From: Amphiscolops sp. MND2022
Taxonomy: Eukaryota
Direction of reading: 5' to 3'
DNA length: 64,000 nucleotides
Assembly: GCA_964187785.1 (NCBI GenBank)
Contig: OZ076409.1
Coordinates: forward strand, 23,190,001-23,254,000
In this document: piece by piece, positions 34,146-47,665 of the stretch
Layout of the letters: each line of letters starts with the position of its first letter
Position numbering within the stretch: position 1 is the stretch's first letter
Program-made: the position numbers and the translations under genes
The notes under the pieces: model-generated
Seen by the model: the letters and a program-made list of their open reading frames with translations, nothing else
Told to the model about the DNA's origin: nothing
Database searches by the model: none

Positions 34146-37100
34146 AACGCACCGCCACAACAAGATGAAGCGTACGAAGAAGAGTACGTAATTAACAGCA
34201 TAGTACCGCACTACGAATTTGTTTCAAAAATTGGTTGCCTTAGCAACCACTTCGTCCAATCACACGCACACAGCGAAACGTCAAAAGGAACGAAAACAAA
34301 CAAACAGCCGTCAACGGAACGCACACGTGAACAAAACGCCATTAATAGCATTGACCGCATCGAAACAAGCAGCACAAATTGTCAAAATCAGACACACTTT
34401 AAAACAATGGATGCTAAAACAATAGACAATTTGGAACGAATCGACAACTCCCAAGAAACAACAGACCTGATAGAGCGGTGGCGAAATATAGTGAAGCCAG
34501 GAGTATACCGACTCTCAAACGGTAAATGGAAAAAGTACCATGAACCGAAAATCTTACGCGGAGAAAGACGAGACATAGAAGAAAAACTTTCCGAAATAAT
34601 CAGGAGACTAGAAAGCCCGGCCAGGGAAATTCGAAACCGGCCACATCAATCAGACGAATACACTGCTAACTGGCAATTTACCGTACCTGCTCCACAAAAC
34701 TTCCAAGGAGGGTTCGTTCAGCGAACCAATAACGAACAACCGGGGACATCAAAATCATTACCGGCCACCCAAAAGGATATCCCCATGGAAGAAGGAGAGA
34801 TTTCCAGCGACTCCGAACTAGCACCGTCGATACTGGAGGTGCCTACCATTAACTGGACAAACTACATTGGAATAAAGAACGTGCAATACATAAAGACGGG
34901 ACACGCCCCAAGAGTTCAAGCGCTCGAACAAAACAGCTGGGACCTGGAACAAACCGTCCGCGAAACGGAAAAAGAACTCGCCACAGATTTACAGTTACTG
35001 ATGACGGAAACAACAAATGATCCCAAGCTATTAAAAACACTCGTATGCCTGGAGCGCCAACAGTACGACAACATTCCGGACGAATACAACCTTTACAAAG
35101 AGAAACTGTCAACACGCTATGGTCTAGTATTCTTTGAAGACAAAATCATAGTACCAATCAACCTGAGAACAACGGTCATACGCCTGCTACACAAAGGACA
35201 TCCGGCCATCAACAAGATGACTCTTTCCGCGAAGCATTTTTGGTGGCCCAAATTGACAGAAGCTATACAACGAAAGTGCGACATCTGCATACCGTGCAAA
35301 CTTTCCGGTAAGAATTAAAAACCTAACATACCAAAAACGGAACAAAATAGTTTACCTCCATTAGGCGCATCGAACGAAGAAATCCAATTGGACTTCATCG
35401 GACCAATCACGGACCAGAACCGTAGATTTTATATCTTACTCTCCATGGACAGGTGTAGCAAATGGCCAGTCGCCAGTCTGTGCAAAACTACTGACAGTGA
35501 AACGACGACAAAATTTTTGGAACAATACTGTAACTTAAACGGTATACCAAAAACGATAAGAACGGACAAGGCAACAGCCTTTACCGGACAACAATTTAGA
35601 GAATTCTGCAAAAACAAATTCAAAAAACTAATATACGGGACACCGTATATACACATCCCTACCGGCCTAGTAGAACGAGGAGTACGCACTCTGAAAGAAA
35701 ACCTTCTAACTAACATTAAAGACGGAAAACCATTTGGAAAAGCATTGGACTTAGCACTAAACGTGATGCGAACTACACCACACACTAGACTAAGAAAATC
35801 CGCTTTCGAATTACACTTTGGCAGAGAGCCAAACACGGAATGGAGTAATATGTTGAAACTAGACAAAACTAAACCGATAACCAATAATTTCATTTCAGCA
35901 AGGCCAGATACCCTACAGGTATACACATTCAGTGGAGAAGGCGGTAGCTCCGACCATCTACCAATGAAACAAAAGAGAAAAAGAGCAAAAGCGGTAAGTA
36001 AATACCCGTTTCAATTCTTCGAACGAAAAAATCAAAAGGGAAAATTCGAAAGCCCATATTCAGAAAACCTACAAACGGCAGTCACGGGAACGAAACACAC
36101 CGTGACTACTTCAGATAATAAAATATTCCACCGTAAATTGATTAGCAAACCAATTATTACATGTGAACAGGAACCAACAAACAGAGGGACGGGCCCAAGA
36201 GGACCAGACGGGAGATTTGCCAGGAAACAAGACAAATCAAAACACTCCCCCGAAAAATCCCCATCAGAAGAAGATCTGGACACCAGCCCAGAACCGCCCA
36301 CCACTAAACGGACAAGCACAATCGGCAGGGGACGGCCACGGAAAACGCGAGAAAGTACATCGCCAGACAATACACCGGGTCAACAAAACAATACAGGAAA
36401 TGGAATGCTCACAATTACTACAGATCAAATGTCGGAGTTCAACATTGACCAAACAAAAAAAGATTCCACACAATCAGGACAAGAAATCCAAATCAGAGAC
36501 GACTCCGGTAAGGTAACATTTTATAACAACGAAAAAACAGAAATCAAGCTAGACACATCAGAACTAGAATTAGTAAGTAACTTAAGCTCTAGCACCGAAA
36601 TAGAAAATGACTTAGAACAACTAGAAAAGACTAACCTACGCCGGTCAAAGAGGCTAACAAGAACAAACCCAATTGTTAGACTAAATAACCCAGTTATTCA
36701 ATCTGATTACAGGAAACACGGTAAAACGATTCAACCTGCCACTCAACGACTGCAGGAATGCCCAGAGGAGATGCCGGAGCAACACGAAGTGGACAACCAA
36801 TAAAACGCCAAAAGGGTACACATAACCCACAACCGAAAAAACAACAAGCTTCTCACGGAACACCGGAGAAAACACTACCAGACAATGGACGGATAACCGG
36901 ACGCAACGACACAATGGACAGCAACAGACAAGAATACCCATTGGATGACTCTCATCCAATTAAAGAAGGAGGAATGAAGTAGACTGTTGATGAACAACTG
37001 TATATCAATCATTGTTGCTATTTTTAGTTTGAACTTATTATCAATATTGTTTACTAACAACTACATAACCCTTAATCAAAAGCTGATATCATTACAGTAA

Positions 37101-37164
37101 ACATTCAGCTAGAGTAAACATTGATCTTAACTTCTTTTCTCAAGCCTATCTTAGAATAACTTCA
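34146..37164 (+). mobile_element. Ty3/Gypsy element C, 3' part (integrase, PPT, 3' LTR)
   Basis: LHKGHPA...FWWP...CIPC, QLDFIGP, IRTDKATAF, GLVERGVRTLK; frameshift ~35315; long low-complexity tail. Confidence 0.9.
36975..37164 (+). repeat. 3' LTR of element C (~190 bp)
   Basis: Follows the PPT AAAGAAGGAGGAA (36962-36974); ends TGAAGT...ACTTCA are inverted. Confidence 0.75.
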
Positions 37165-37629
37165 CTCATAGTCACCACAGTTTTAAAAATTGTAAAAAAC
37201 ACTGTCGGAATCTGGTACTTTTGTCTTTGTTTTCAAAGTGAGACTTTTCTTGTTAAAAACTGTTTCGCCCTTGAAGTCTGTAGATATTCTAATTCACAGA
37301 AACAAACAAAATTGTGTAAAAATGCCATACATTTGAAACTTGGCAATTTCAACCCTTGTGCTGCATTCTGTGGCGTTTTCCGAACCGTTTTTTTTCTCAA
37401 ACAAATTTCAACTATCTTCAAAAACAAAAATGCTACAGACCTAAATTCAAGGTAGTCGAATTATGTAGAACAATTTCTATTTCTAGCGGTTAAAACAGAA
37501 ACACGGCGTTATTAGGCAAAAAATATCGCGGACCAAATATTGAACTTCTTTTCACGTATGAATTACGGAAGGAAAAGAAATATTACTCGATATTACAATT
37601 TGATTAGCAAAAACTGAATTCCGCAACGG

Positions 37630-38316
37630 TTTAGCTATGCGCTATAGTTGGGAACCACTCAAAGTACCGGCACTATGTCCGCGCAGAGACCCTTTTAGCC
37701 TGTTCCATTCACTCCAATGCAACAAGGGCGGTTATACACAAATGCGACATGATGAAATCCGAGATACCTTCGCCGCCATCATTAAGGAGGTCTGTTTTGA
37801 TGTCGAAATCGAGCCGAAGCTTCAACCGTTAGAAGACGAGTCCTTCGTTCACAAAACCACGTCAACTGAAGACGAAGCAAGACTAGACATTAAAGCCAAT
37901 GGACTCTGGGATCCACTTTTCTGTCGAATTTTTTTCGACGTAGAATTTTTTGACCCACTAGTCATAACATGCCCAAAAGAAATCAACGATGCATACAAGT
38001 TCCACGAAACACAAAGAAACTCGAATATGAGTCGCCAATTATCATCGATGAAAAGAGCACTTTCATCCCGCTCGTATTTGCCTGCACTGGTGGAACTGGA
38101 CCATCAGTCACTGTAGTCATAACCCGACTTGCGTCAAATGTCAACGAAAAAGGTTATGAAAGCTATTCTGAAGCCATTAGGTATATTCGAACCAAAACCA
38201 GTTTCGCCCTACTTCGCAGCTGCGTGCTCTGTCTAAGGGGCTGTAGGTCGACGCGCTGTCAACCAGCCACGGAATCATCGATCAGCGCTGTTGTCCACTA
38301 GGGATGGCTGTCATGA
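37630..38316 (+). mobile_element. CRE-clade non-LTR retrotransposon 3' fragment (zinc knuckle plus RLE endonuclease)
   Basis: ORFs 37637-38116 and 37969-38301 with the same motifs as the split copy. Confidence 0.8.
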
Positions 38317-39533
38317 ACCGGACAATCCTTCGGGTGGGACTAATTCTAGAATCAGTACTTTTTTCTTTTCTCTGGACGTTCAGTAATCTAGTTCGTAAAT
38401 CATCCTCCACTTGCCGATGTTTTCAGAATTTGTATTTTTATGAGACGGTTACTGAAACTGTAATGAGGCTCTGCAGCTTGCAGCGTTTTGACACCTGATC
38501 TCTTGCCATACATTTTATATTTAACTTTACCGTCATGCCCCCTCTGCACTATGGCAGATTAGCATTACAATATTGTAAAATCAATAAAGGTAGTTTCAGA
38601 AAATGTCAAAAAATGAACAAATCAGTCAGTTCAAATTTGGAAATACAATTTAACGTGTGAATAATTTGAGAGTTTTCTGTTTCCAAATAGTAATATCCAT
38701 ATGGATCCAAAATAGTTCTACCGAAAGTCCTCTTTGTCCATCTAGATACTACAATTGAGCAGTAAAGATGTCCCCTTTGACAATAACGCAACCCAAACCA
38801 GATTTAACTCAAACTGGATATAAGTAATACTGGATAGAACGTATACCGGATATAGCGTTTCTTTTAGAAATTTTCAATGATACCAAAGGGTCCCTTTTAA
38901 TTTTTAGAATATTTAGAATTGATACAAAATCATTTGAAGACAAAGGTTCCCCTTTAGATTTTTCTTTCGCGCAAATTGGATTTAACGAATACCGGATTTA
39001 ACGTATTACGGACATAACGTTTCTCCGAAAATTTTTCAATAATACAAAAAAGTCCCCTTTCGATTTTCAGGAAGTTTAGAGTTGATGAAAAATCATATAA
39101 AGCCGAAGGATTCCCCTTCGGATTTTCTCCGGTATTGACAGAACGTAATCTTCTTCACCTTAGCCGAACAGCTAGCTTCATTCTCAATACTTTGAGAATC
39201 ATGTTTCTTTAGAAAAATTGAAACGAAAGAGTCCATAATTTTTTTGGAGTTTTGAGCTACGGGAAACCCGGCTTTCAAGTCTTATGGGTATCCCTTCGGG
39301 AATTTTGGCACTGTAATCTTGTTAGAAGTTTTCTGAATAGTGTCCTTAAACTTTGATTTTCGGCACTTTGAGACGTTTTTCCGAAAAAAACCTTTCGAAA
39401 AAATAGGTTTTTGTTGTTTGCAGTGGGGAAAAAGGTCATTCTTGAGCTTTATGCGTATTCCTCTGGGAATTGTTTTACTGAGAAATTGATAGCATTCAAA
39501 CAAGGGTGTTTCTTGCATATTTAAGTACCTTGC

Positions 39534-40132
39534 TTTTTAGTCGGCGCTTTTTCTTTTTAAGGAAAAATGCTCGACTGTTACAGTGACCTTTTTTGTCTTC
39601 GGACCACAGACCTCACACTGATCCGTCCACTTTTTAGAGAAACTCCTGAAACCACTAACGCCAAGTCCGGCCAATGCAACGTTAGTGCAAAGGGTCCCCT
39701 TTTCTTTTTTTACTTTTTTAAGGTAACCTACAAAACCGGACGAGATAAAAGGGTCCCCTTTTTGATTTTTTTTTCGGCACAGTGCGAAATTTTTCCGAAA
39801 TTTTTTTAATGTCTCAAAAGGGTCCAACTTCAAGTTTCCTGGTATTTTGCAACAGAATGTATGTTATTAAGTCTCAAAGGGTCCCCCTTGCATTTTTCGG
39901 CACTATGTAACATTTTCCGAAAGAAAAAAATCCGATTTTTTGAAAAAATATTTGATTTTGTTCCAGTTGTAGGAAAAGTGGTTTTCGAGTCTTATCGAGC
40001 TTGAAAGGCAACCTTTGGGTGACCCGAAACTGTTTTCTGAGCTTTTCATAAATACGTCCTGGGCATATTTCAAAAACTTTGCGCTTTTTGAGCCTTAGAA
40101 AGAGCGCCGACTTTAGACGTTCTCGTCTTGTT
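39534..40132 (+). mobile_element. HINE-like element, copy 2
   Basis: T-run, AGTCGGCGCT (39539-39548); AGCGCCGACT (40103-40112); hairpin 40115-40128; TGTT end. Confidence 0.65.
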
Positions 40133-41111
40133 TATGTTGAAGCGAATACGAAAAGAGCCCGTGTTAAAAGAAAGGCGAGTCGTAACAAGTTGAAGAGGGT
40201 TTCGTATACGATGCAAGCTGCAGAGTCGATTAGCGATTCACACTAGAGGCAACTAATAGAGTGTCTAAATTCAAAACTTCCTCGGAATAAACACGAAGTT
40301 TCGAAATGAGTTGTGAGTGTCGAAATGAAAAATTCCACTCTTAGGCCTGTAATAGAACTCACACTTTATGAGAATGTTCTTGCCAAAATTGAATTAAGTC
40401 ATCATTGGATTTTGAAACATACTGAATTGAAACAATAAATAGCTACAATGCGAAGTTTTTCAACGAAATAGCGATTCTGGAATTAGCGATTGAGCGATTA
40501 GCGAAAAATAGCGATGTCAAAATCTTTTCTGAATAAGTCAGCCACAAATGTCTGAATAAGCCCTTAAAAGGACACATTTTTGGCTCTTTTCTGTTCAAGA
40601 AACTAGAGCACGACGGATTTTACTACAACTACTGCAGAGTCAACAAAAGCGGAATGAACTCTTGCCGATGTGATGTGGCAGGATGCAAAAGTGTTGCATT
40701 GACTCACTCAACTACCGATGACGTCATTGTCAAAACAAATCACAAGATGAAGTATGTTTTCAACGTGCTATTTTAAATTCTCAGAAATACGTTAAAAAGA
40801 CTGAAAACAAAAGTACCACGTTTCATGCCGAACAACATGATGAAATTAACAACGACACGTCCTAGTCGTCAGAGACTGCAATTGAAGCTCAACACAAACT
40901 AAAAATTCATAAAATATTTTTACAGAAATTAACGACCGGCCCATCCAGTCGTCATTTTACCTAAAATCATTACATGCAGTTCAACATGTATTCAAAAAGT
41001 GCATCGATTAGTAATAAATGAAAGTCTATTCTCATTTATCAAGCAGTATCAACGAATTCATTTTCATTCAGTAGTTGCAATCTACAATCATGTCGTGCAT
41101 CGATTCTAACC

Positions 41112-41642
41112 AACAACCAAAGCAATTAGTTGTCACCAACAATTAGTGCATTGATCTATATTTTTGTATCCATAGTTACCGCCACCCATTTTAATTGTGA
41201 AGTAATCGGAGCTGAAAGTATGAAACTTAGTGATGTAATAACAGGTGCGAAAGTGCTGCGAAAAAAATTTAGCGACGACTGAAGTAACCAGTCGTCTAAC
41301 GTACCTTGAAGTGTGAATTGCCGGATCAATGAAAAACACCAGGTAAGTAGACGCAATCAATTAGGTATAATGTACGCATGACTAGAAAAACTGAGGGTGC
41401 TTAAACGAAGTAGACAATCACCAGGTAATTTGAAAGTTACTTAGGTGAGAATGACGACGAGACAATGAAGTTAATGAAGAGAGACAACGAAAGGCTCAGA
41501 ATAGAGCAGAGATTTATAAATGTGAACAGGCAGATTGGAGAGTTGACTAGTTTTGTGAGAGCCCTTGCTGAGAAAGTTTCAACCAGTAAGGAAGGGAACC
41601 ACCACGACGTCCAAAATTCTGAGACGTCAACTCGTTCTGACA
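41112..41642 (+). repeat. Alignable part of the 5' LTR of element D (lacks ~250 bp relative to the 3' copy)
   Basis: Matches 53911-54688; both end CGTTCTGACA. Confidence 0.85.
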
Positions 41643-42860
41643 TGGTGACAGGAGTCTCGGCAATCCCAATGCCAACTCTTAATACGCAACTACCACGAAG
41701 ATCTCCCCTCGTTCCATTCACCACAAATAGATGACATCATGATGGAAATCCACAACCTGCGTACAACAATTACCGATGGAGTGATGCAATCAAAAATACT
41801 CCAAACCCAGGTCCCTCTCTTCCGCGGAAACCGAGATAAATATAATGAAATCGAGCATCTACTCAAAAACCTTCTACGACCACACCTGAACAAATTGACC
41901 GAAAAACAAAACTGAATTATTTTCAAAGCTTACATTGAATTCTGGAAAACCCAGAAAATCACTACCGAGACGACACTAACCGATTTTCTACCTGCTTTAA
42001 ACAAAGAAAACGCCAAAGAAGACCTCAAATAAGTGTCGAAGTACGAGTTCGACCAATTAAGGTACGACCCAACCACGGAGTCATTTACAGACTTCTTGAC
42101 GAAATTCAACAAAACAGCGAAACAAGCATACGGGGCAGAGCATTCTGTTTTGCTGAAACCATTCCTTTTCGCAAAGCACACGATCCAGCTCCAGAAAGAA
42201 TTGCCCACGGCAGGCAAGCACAATGCCACCCTAGGAGAATTGAAGAAGTTCGTTCATTACCGTTGCCAATACCCCCAATTGCTCCTTGGCACATCTGGCA
42301 TGCAACCTTCAGATCAAGCCTTCAACTACCAACCAAAACAACAAAATGCTCAGCCAGCCTCCAACCACAAAAATGCTGATAAGACGAACACCACCGAAGA
42401 AGTCAAGCGAAGGTTCGAAGGCACTTGCAGATACTGTAACATCCTGGGCCACAAGTGGATTGATTGTCGTAAACGTCTCAGGGACGAAGCTAATGGGATC
42501 AACACCAAGACCCAACAACGTCCACTAAAAGAAAATAACAACGGCCAGCAGCAACAACCTGAAAAACCGCGGTACAACTTGAAGTTGGTGTGCCAGATCT
42601 GTGGGAAAGTAGGGCATTCGGCACGAGACTGCAGAAACAGAGTACCGCGAGCTTCAGCCTACCGCAACGTGCCCTACGAGAAACAATCTACAACACAAAA
42701 TCGCGAGTAGTGCAGGGATTTCGAACAATCCCAAAATAACCGCCAACCAGCCTATCAAGTCACACAGGCGACAGATCAGCCCACCCAAACTGAAATCCAC
42801 CACGACTTTCACGACGTGGATTACAAAGACGAATTCGACTCGAATTCAAAAAACTTGTGA
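41465..42860 (+). pseudogene. gag: Element D gag
   Basis: VPLFRG, AKQAYG, knuckles CRYCNILGHKWIDC and CQICGKVGHSARDC; A AAA AAC at 42848-42854. Confidence 0.85.
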
Positions 42861-45800
42861 AGCAACGTCATCTTCCACTAAACCAGACTAAACGTGCGCG
42901 CAACAAACTACAGGCTAACAACCACTACGACTTTACGGCCAATACATCAGAATGTTGGCAGCATACTGACAGACGGTCTTAACCCTCCAAGAGATACTTC
43001 GTACTAAAGGTGTCTCAACAACTACCACATTCTTCCTGTAGTTGGCGACGACGCCACCTGACGACTACTGACTCTATTCAGAACAAAACCCTCACTGACT
43101 CTAATCGAAAACGAGAAACGAAGACACACCCCACAAGTGACCAGGAGGACCATTCAATCAAAACAGAGACGAGCAACCACAAGAAAAAACTTTCGAAGAA
43201 GAACATAAACATCAGGCCACTGAGCGCTACACTACAACTTGACAGAAGAACAAAACGCTCTACGCCCCCCTCCATTTCAGGGTTTATGAGAACTATGGAT
43301 TGGTAGACACAGGAGCAATCCCAAGCGCAATGTCTGAAAATGAACTGAGACGGATACTCCAAGCACACCCAGCCGCCCAACTTGAAGAGTATCGAGCATC
43401 CGACTTCAAAGTCCAAATTGCCAATGGAAATATCGTACCAGTACGGAAGCAAGTCCTTCTCCAGTTCTTTATTGAGGGAAAGTGTTTGAAGAGACATTCA
43501 TGATCTTGCCTACTTGGGGCAATATCCTGATTGGAATGTCCTTCTTCAAAAAATAATCCGTGACCCTGGACCTCGCAAACAACATTGTAAGATTCCCCGA
43601 GATTACACTCCAACTCAAACCACCAAATGGGAAATTCAAACTACAAATGTTGGAGCTCAGGGCATCACACAAGACAACGATCTCACCCAGACAACAAGTC
43701 TTCCTTCCCGTGGTAGCTGAAAAGGACATTGGCACAGTGACAGGCCCTGTAGAGGCGTTCCCGGCATTCGACTGCAAGACCAAACTACTAGTGTCCCCAT
43801 CGATGTCCGAGATACGGGAACAACAGAGCGATGTCCAAATTACCAACCATCTGGACCACGCCATAAGAATCCCACAAAATACTGACTCCGAACCAAGCCA
43901 GAGCCATACAAACTATGACGAAGGAGCCATTGACCTTGATCTCCAAATTCCCCGATGAAGCCGAAAACGATCAATCAATTGTTCCAAGACCCTGAGGCAT
44001 CCACGGACAAACGTTGGTACCCGACACCCGAAACATGCAACAACCCTGACAAGCTCAACAAAATTTAACGCCGAATATACGACGAGATCATCCAACACTC
44101 CAGAAGCTGGAAAGCTTGATCCCACTTGTGACGACGAGTAACGACAGAGGTTCCTCAAGAATTGCAGCTGGAACGACTCAGTCCTCAACGAGCAAGAGCA
44201 ACAGAGGATTGAAGCACTGCTTGTCAAATACCACATGATTTTTGCACGTCACCGTTTGGACATCGGTATCAATACCGATTTCAAGATCAGGTTACCGCCT
44301 AAACATGATGATCCTGTGTACGCGCAAAGTTTACCCACTCCAACCAACTTGAAGGTTGACCTACTGGTTGAACTGGCCCTGGTGCAGGAATATGGGATCA
44401 TCACGACACTTCCGTACAGCAAATACTCTTCCCCGATATTTGCGTAGCGAAAGCCCGAGGGCAAACTCCGGATACTAGTCGACTTGACACGCATCAATCA
44501 CCTCCTCATGAACAACTACAACCAACACAATCACCCTGTTACCACCATAGCAGACGTGGTCCAACACATGGCAGGCAAGAAGTACTTCCGCCAGCCTAAT
44601 TGTTCACAAGCCTACCACTGCCTCCAGATGGTCGACGAACAATGATTTCAACTTCTTGCATTCAACTTTGGCAGTAGAAACTTACCGTATCTCCGGCTCG
44701 CCCAAGGGTTCAACAGATCATTGTCCGCATTTAACAGCACAATCCGAGAGTACCTGGAGGCACTAGTGAAAGCAGTCAAATGTGCACAGTACGTTGATGA
44801 CATCGGAGTCGCTGCGAACAACGTGGACGAGCTGGTAGACAACATCGAGGCAGTGTTTCAGCAGGTTCAAAAAGCAAGACTGAAGCTCTCAATGCCAAAG
44901 TGCGCTTTTGGACACCCGAAGATTGAATTCCTTGGTCGAAGCATTACAACAAAAGTCATCGCACCCGTCGTAGACCGCATCGACAAGTTTCTCAAAAAAC
45001 TGAAGTTGCCAGACAAGTTTCTCAAAAAACTGAAGTTGCCAATATCAGTCAAAGCGCTCCAGCGATACATCGGATTTTTCCAGTTCTACAGACAGACATC
45101 TCGAAGTTAGCTGAAAATTTCGTACCACTGTACAAACTGCTGCAGAAAGATGTCAAATTTGCACTAACACAAGTACACAAGGATTCGATATTTGACATTA
45201 ACGAGAATCTGGCACGAGCTGCAAAATTGTCACTCAGGTTGCCATTAACCGACGAGCAACTCGTCATCATGTGTGATGCAAGTGACCACTCAGCGGCATA
45301 CGTACTTCTCATCGAAGACTACACGGAAACAAGAAGACGTACGCACCAGTAGCGTTTGCTTCGCAAAGATTCGCCCAAGGCCAGATGTCCTTAACAATGT
45401 ACGCGAAGGAATTCCTCGCGATGCACTTTGCCTTCGACGAAATTGCACACATATTGTGGGGAGTCAAAAAACCCACTATTGTGATGACCGACAACAAAGT
45501 ATTAATTACCCGCTTCTTCCAGTCAAAGCGGATCCCACCGAAACTGTGGAATCATTGCGACCAAGCACTACAGTTCGATTTTGTGCTTGCCCACGTACGA
45601 GGTATGGAGAACCCAGCTGCAGACTATTTGTCTCGACTCGACATCAACCCGGAAGACAGGCCTCACCTGAAAATAAATGACCTGTCCATTACATGGAGAT
45701 CGACCTGGCTGCAAAAACTCCAAAACAAGATGACGATGAAGAAGAATACGACCCAGAACAACAACAACCTGAGACGATTGACCCCCACATTCCATCGCGC

Positions 45801-47665
45801 ACAACTAACACCAGCGTGACGACGACCGTGTCAAGATGATCCAGATCATTAGTCGTCAACTCGAGCCAGTCCTAACAGGCGAAGCTCCCTCCATCATGCT
45901 GGCGAAGTTTACCCGACGCCACCACCTCCACACGGTAAACCAGGTATGCCCGCAAGGGAATTCCCAAATTATCCAGGATCAGTTGTGTAACCAGGAAGTT
46001 CAAAAAATGCTTCGCGTCCTGGAAAACAACGAATCACTGCCTAACCACGTGAACTTTGCTGGTTTTTTTCCAAAAAACTCGTGAAAAACGGAAAACGTCT
46101 CGAGGTAGAAAACAAGGTTTTGTACAGGAACTTTCTTGATAACACTGGTAGAGTTCTATTGAACCAAATTGTAGTACCTCCAGGAACTACTAAGCCCAAA
46201 ATCAAGACGATGCATGGCGACCCCAAGCAGGGACACCCTGGAGCATCGAAAATGTTGGTAGAAGTCCGCAAGTGTTATTACATACCAGGACTTAGTGAAC
46301 ACGTTTCAAAGTAGATAAGTAACTGTACCGATTGTATCAAAGCCAAACCGGTCAACCCAAAGCGACTAATCCCTCCGTTGGAGAAAATCTATGACCCCTG
46401 CAATGGTCCCGAAGACGTACTTGAGATCGATCTTGTAGGCGAACTGCCCCGTTCAAATGGGTATTCGCACATCCTGACGGCGTGCGATTACTTCTCGCAT
46501 TATCTGTTTGCTATCCCGATCCACAAACCAGACAAAAAATCTGTAGTGAACGCCCTCATGCACATATTCACTCAACACGCCTACATCCCAAAGACGATCA
46601 TTACTGACAAAGGCACTGCCTTCACATCCAGCATCATGACCATAATTATGAGAATTGCCGGAATCAAAATCGAACACGCGACTGTAAAACATGCTCAGAC
46701 AATAGGCATGGTAGAACGCTCCCATCAAAGACTGAAACAGGTTCTAAAAATCAACGTTTCAGCTACCTCCCCACAATGGGACAAGTATGTTAATCTAGCA
46801 GTCATGGCACACAACACAACCTACCACCAATCACTTGAGTGTACACCGAGCGAAGTGTTCCGCGGTAGGATTTCGTTTAACGCATTATATCTTAAGTTCA
46901 GTAACCCTCTCAAATGCGAAACAACGGAAACTGACCTAGCCAAGCTAGTCGACCAAAAGAACGAAAAGTATAAACAAGTAAACTACAACATACTGCAAGC
47001 ATACCACAAGTACGAAAGATACTACAACCGAAAAGCGCAGGCGTTACAGCTAAAAGTCTTCACATTTCTGCCTAACCCAAAAATCACCACTCAGTCTGAC
47101 AAAATTGCGTTTAGCCATTTCAAATGGGAAGGCCCTTCCAAGGTTTTAAACGTCTTAACCAGTTTCAACTACATCATTAGGAAAGTCAGCACTTCCCGAA
47201 CTCCGTGCGTTCACAGGATGCGACTACGTCCTTTTACTCCGAACGCACACATACCGGACATTGAAGAAGACCCAAATCTTTTTTTGCCATCCCTGATGCG
47301 TCCGACGATCAAGAGCTCTTCAATGACCACATTCCTCGAAATTTACATTTCGAACCAACGCCCGAAACAGTAGACCGTGAAGAGATTGATACTGAACACG
47401 GCATCATATACGATGTACGTGCACAAAGGTTAACTGATCGATCGCAGTTAAGACCGATCCTTGAAAATTCTCCACAAATTTTAGAGCAACAACCTGACGA
47501 CTCAGTTGTCAGCACTGACTCAAACGACGAATACAGGGTTGAACGTGATGAAACTGCAGCAGACGACAACGAACTGACAAACAGTAGCAACAGAACACAA
47601 GTCACACCGCGCAATAACGGTCCAAACCAAACCCGAAAACTTATCGAGACTTTCTAGTTCTTGAA
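42855..47665 (+). pseudogene. pol: Element D pol (PR, RT, RNase H, IN), many stops and frameshifts
   Basis: LVDTGA, FARHRLDIG, YVDDIG, ADYLSR, HGDPKQGHPG, LEIDLVG, ITDKG, KWEGP. Confidence 0.92.

Larger units (their letters stand above)
37430..40595 (+). repeat. Copy 2 of the ~3.2-kb duplicated block (uninterrupted)
   Basis: Colinear with copy 1; single AAAC at the element B site (~38017-38020). Confidence 0.9.

Noticed and set aside
33724..34211. ORFs spanning the N run
   Set aside because: Gap artefacts.
41133..41360. Antisense ORF repeated in both LTRs of element D (also 53975-54157)
   Set aside because: Non-ATG start and the frames diverge between copies; similarity reflects LTR identity only.
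44982..45041. 30-bp tandem duplication in pol of element D (DKFLKKLKLP x2)
   Set aside because: Ordinary slippage in a dead copy.
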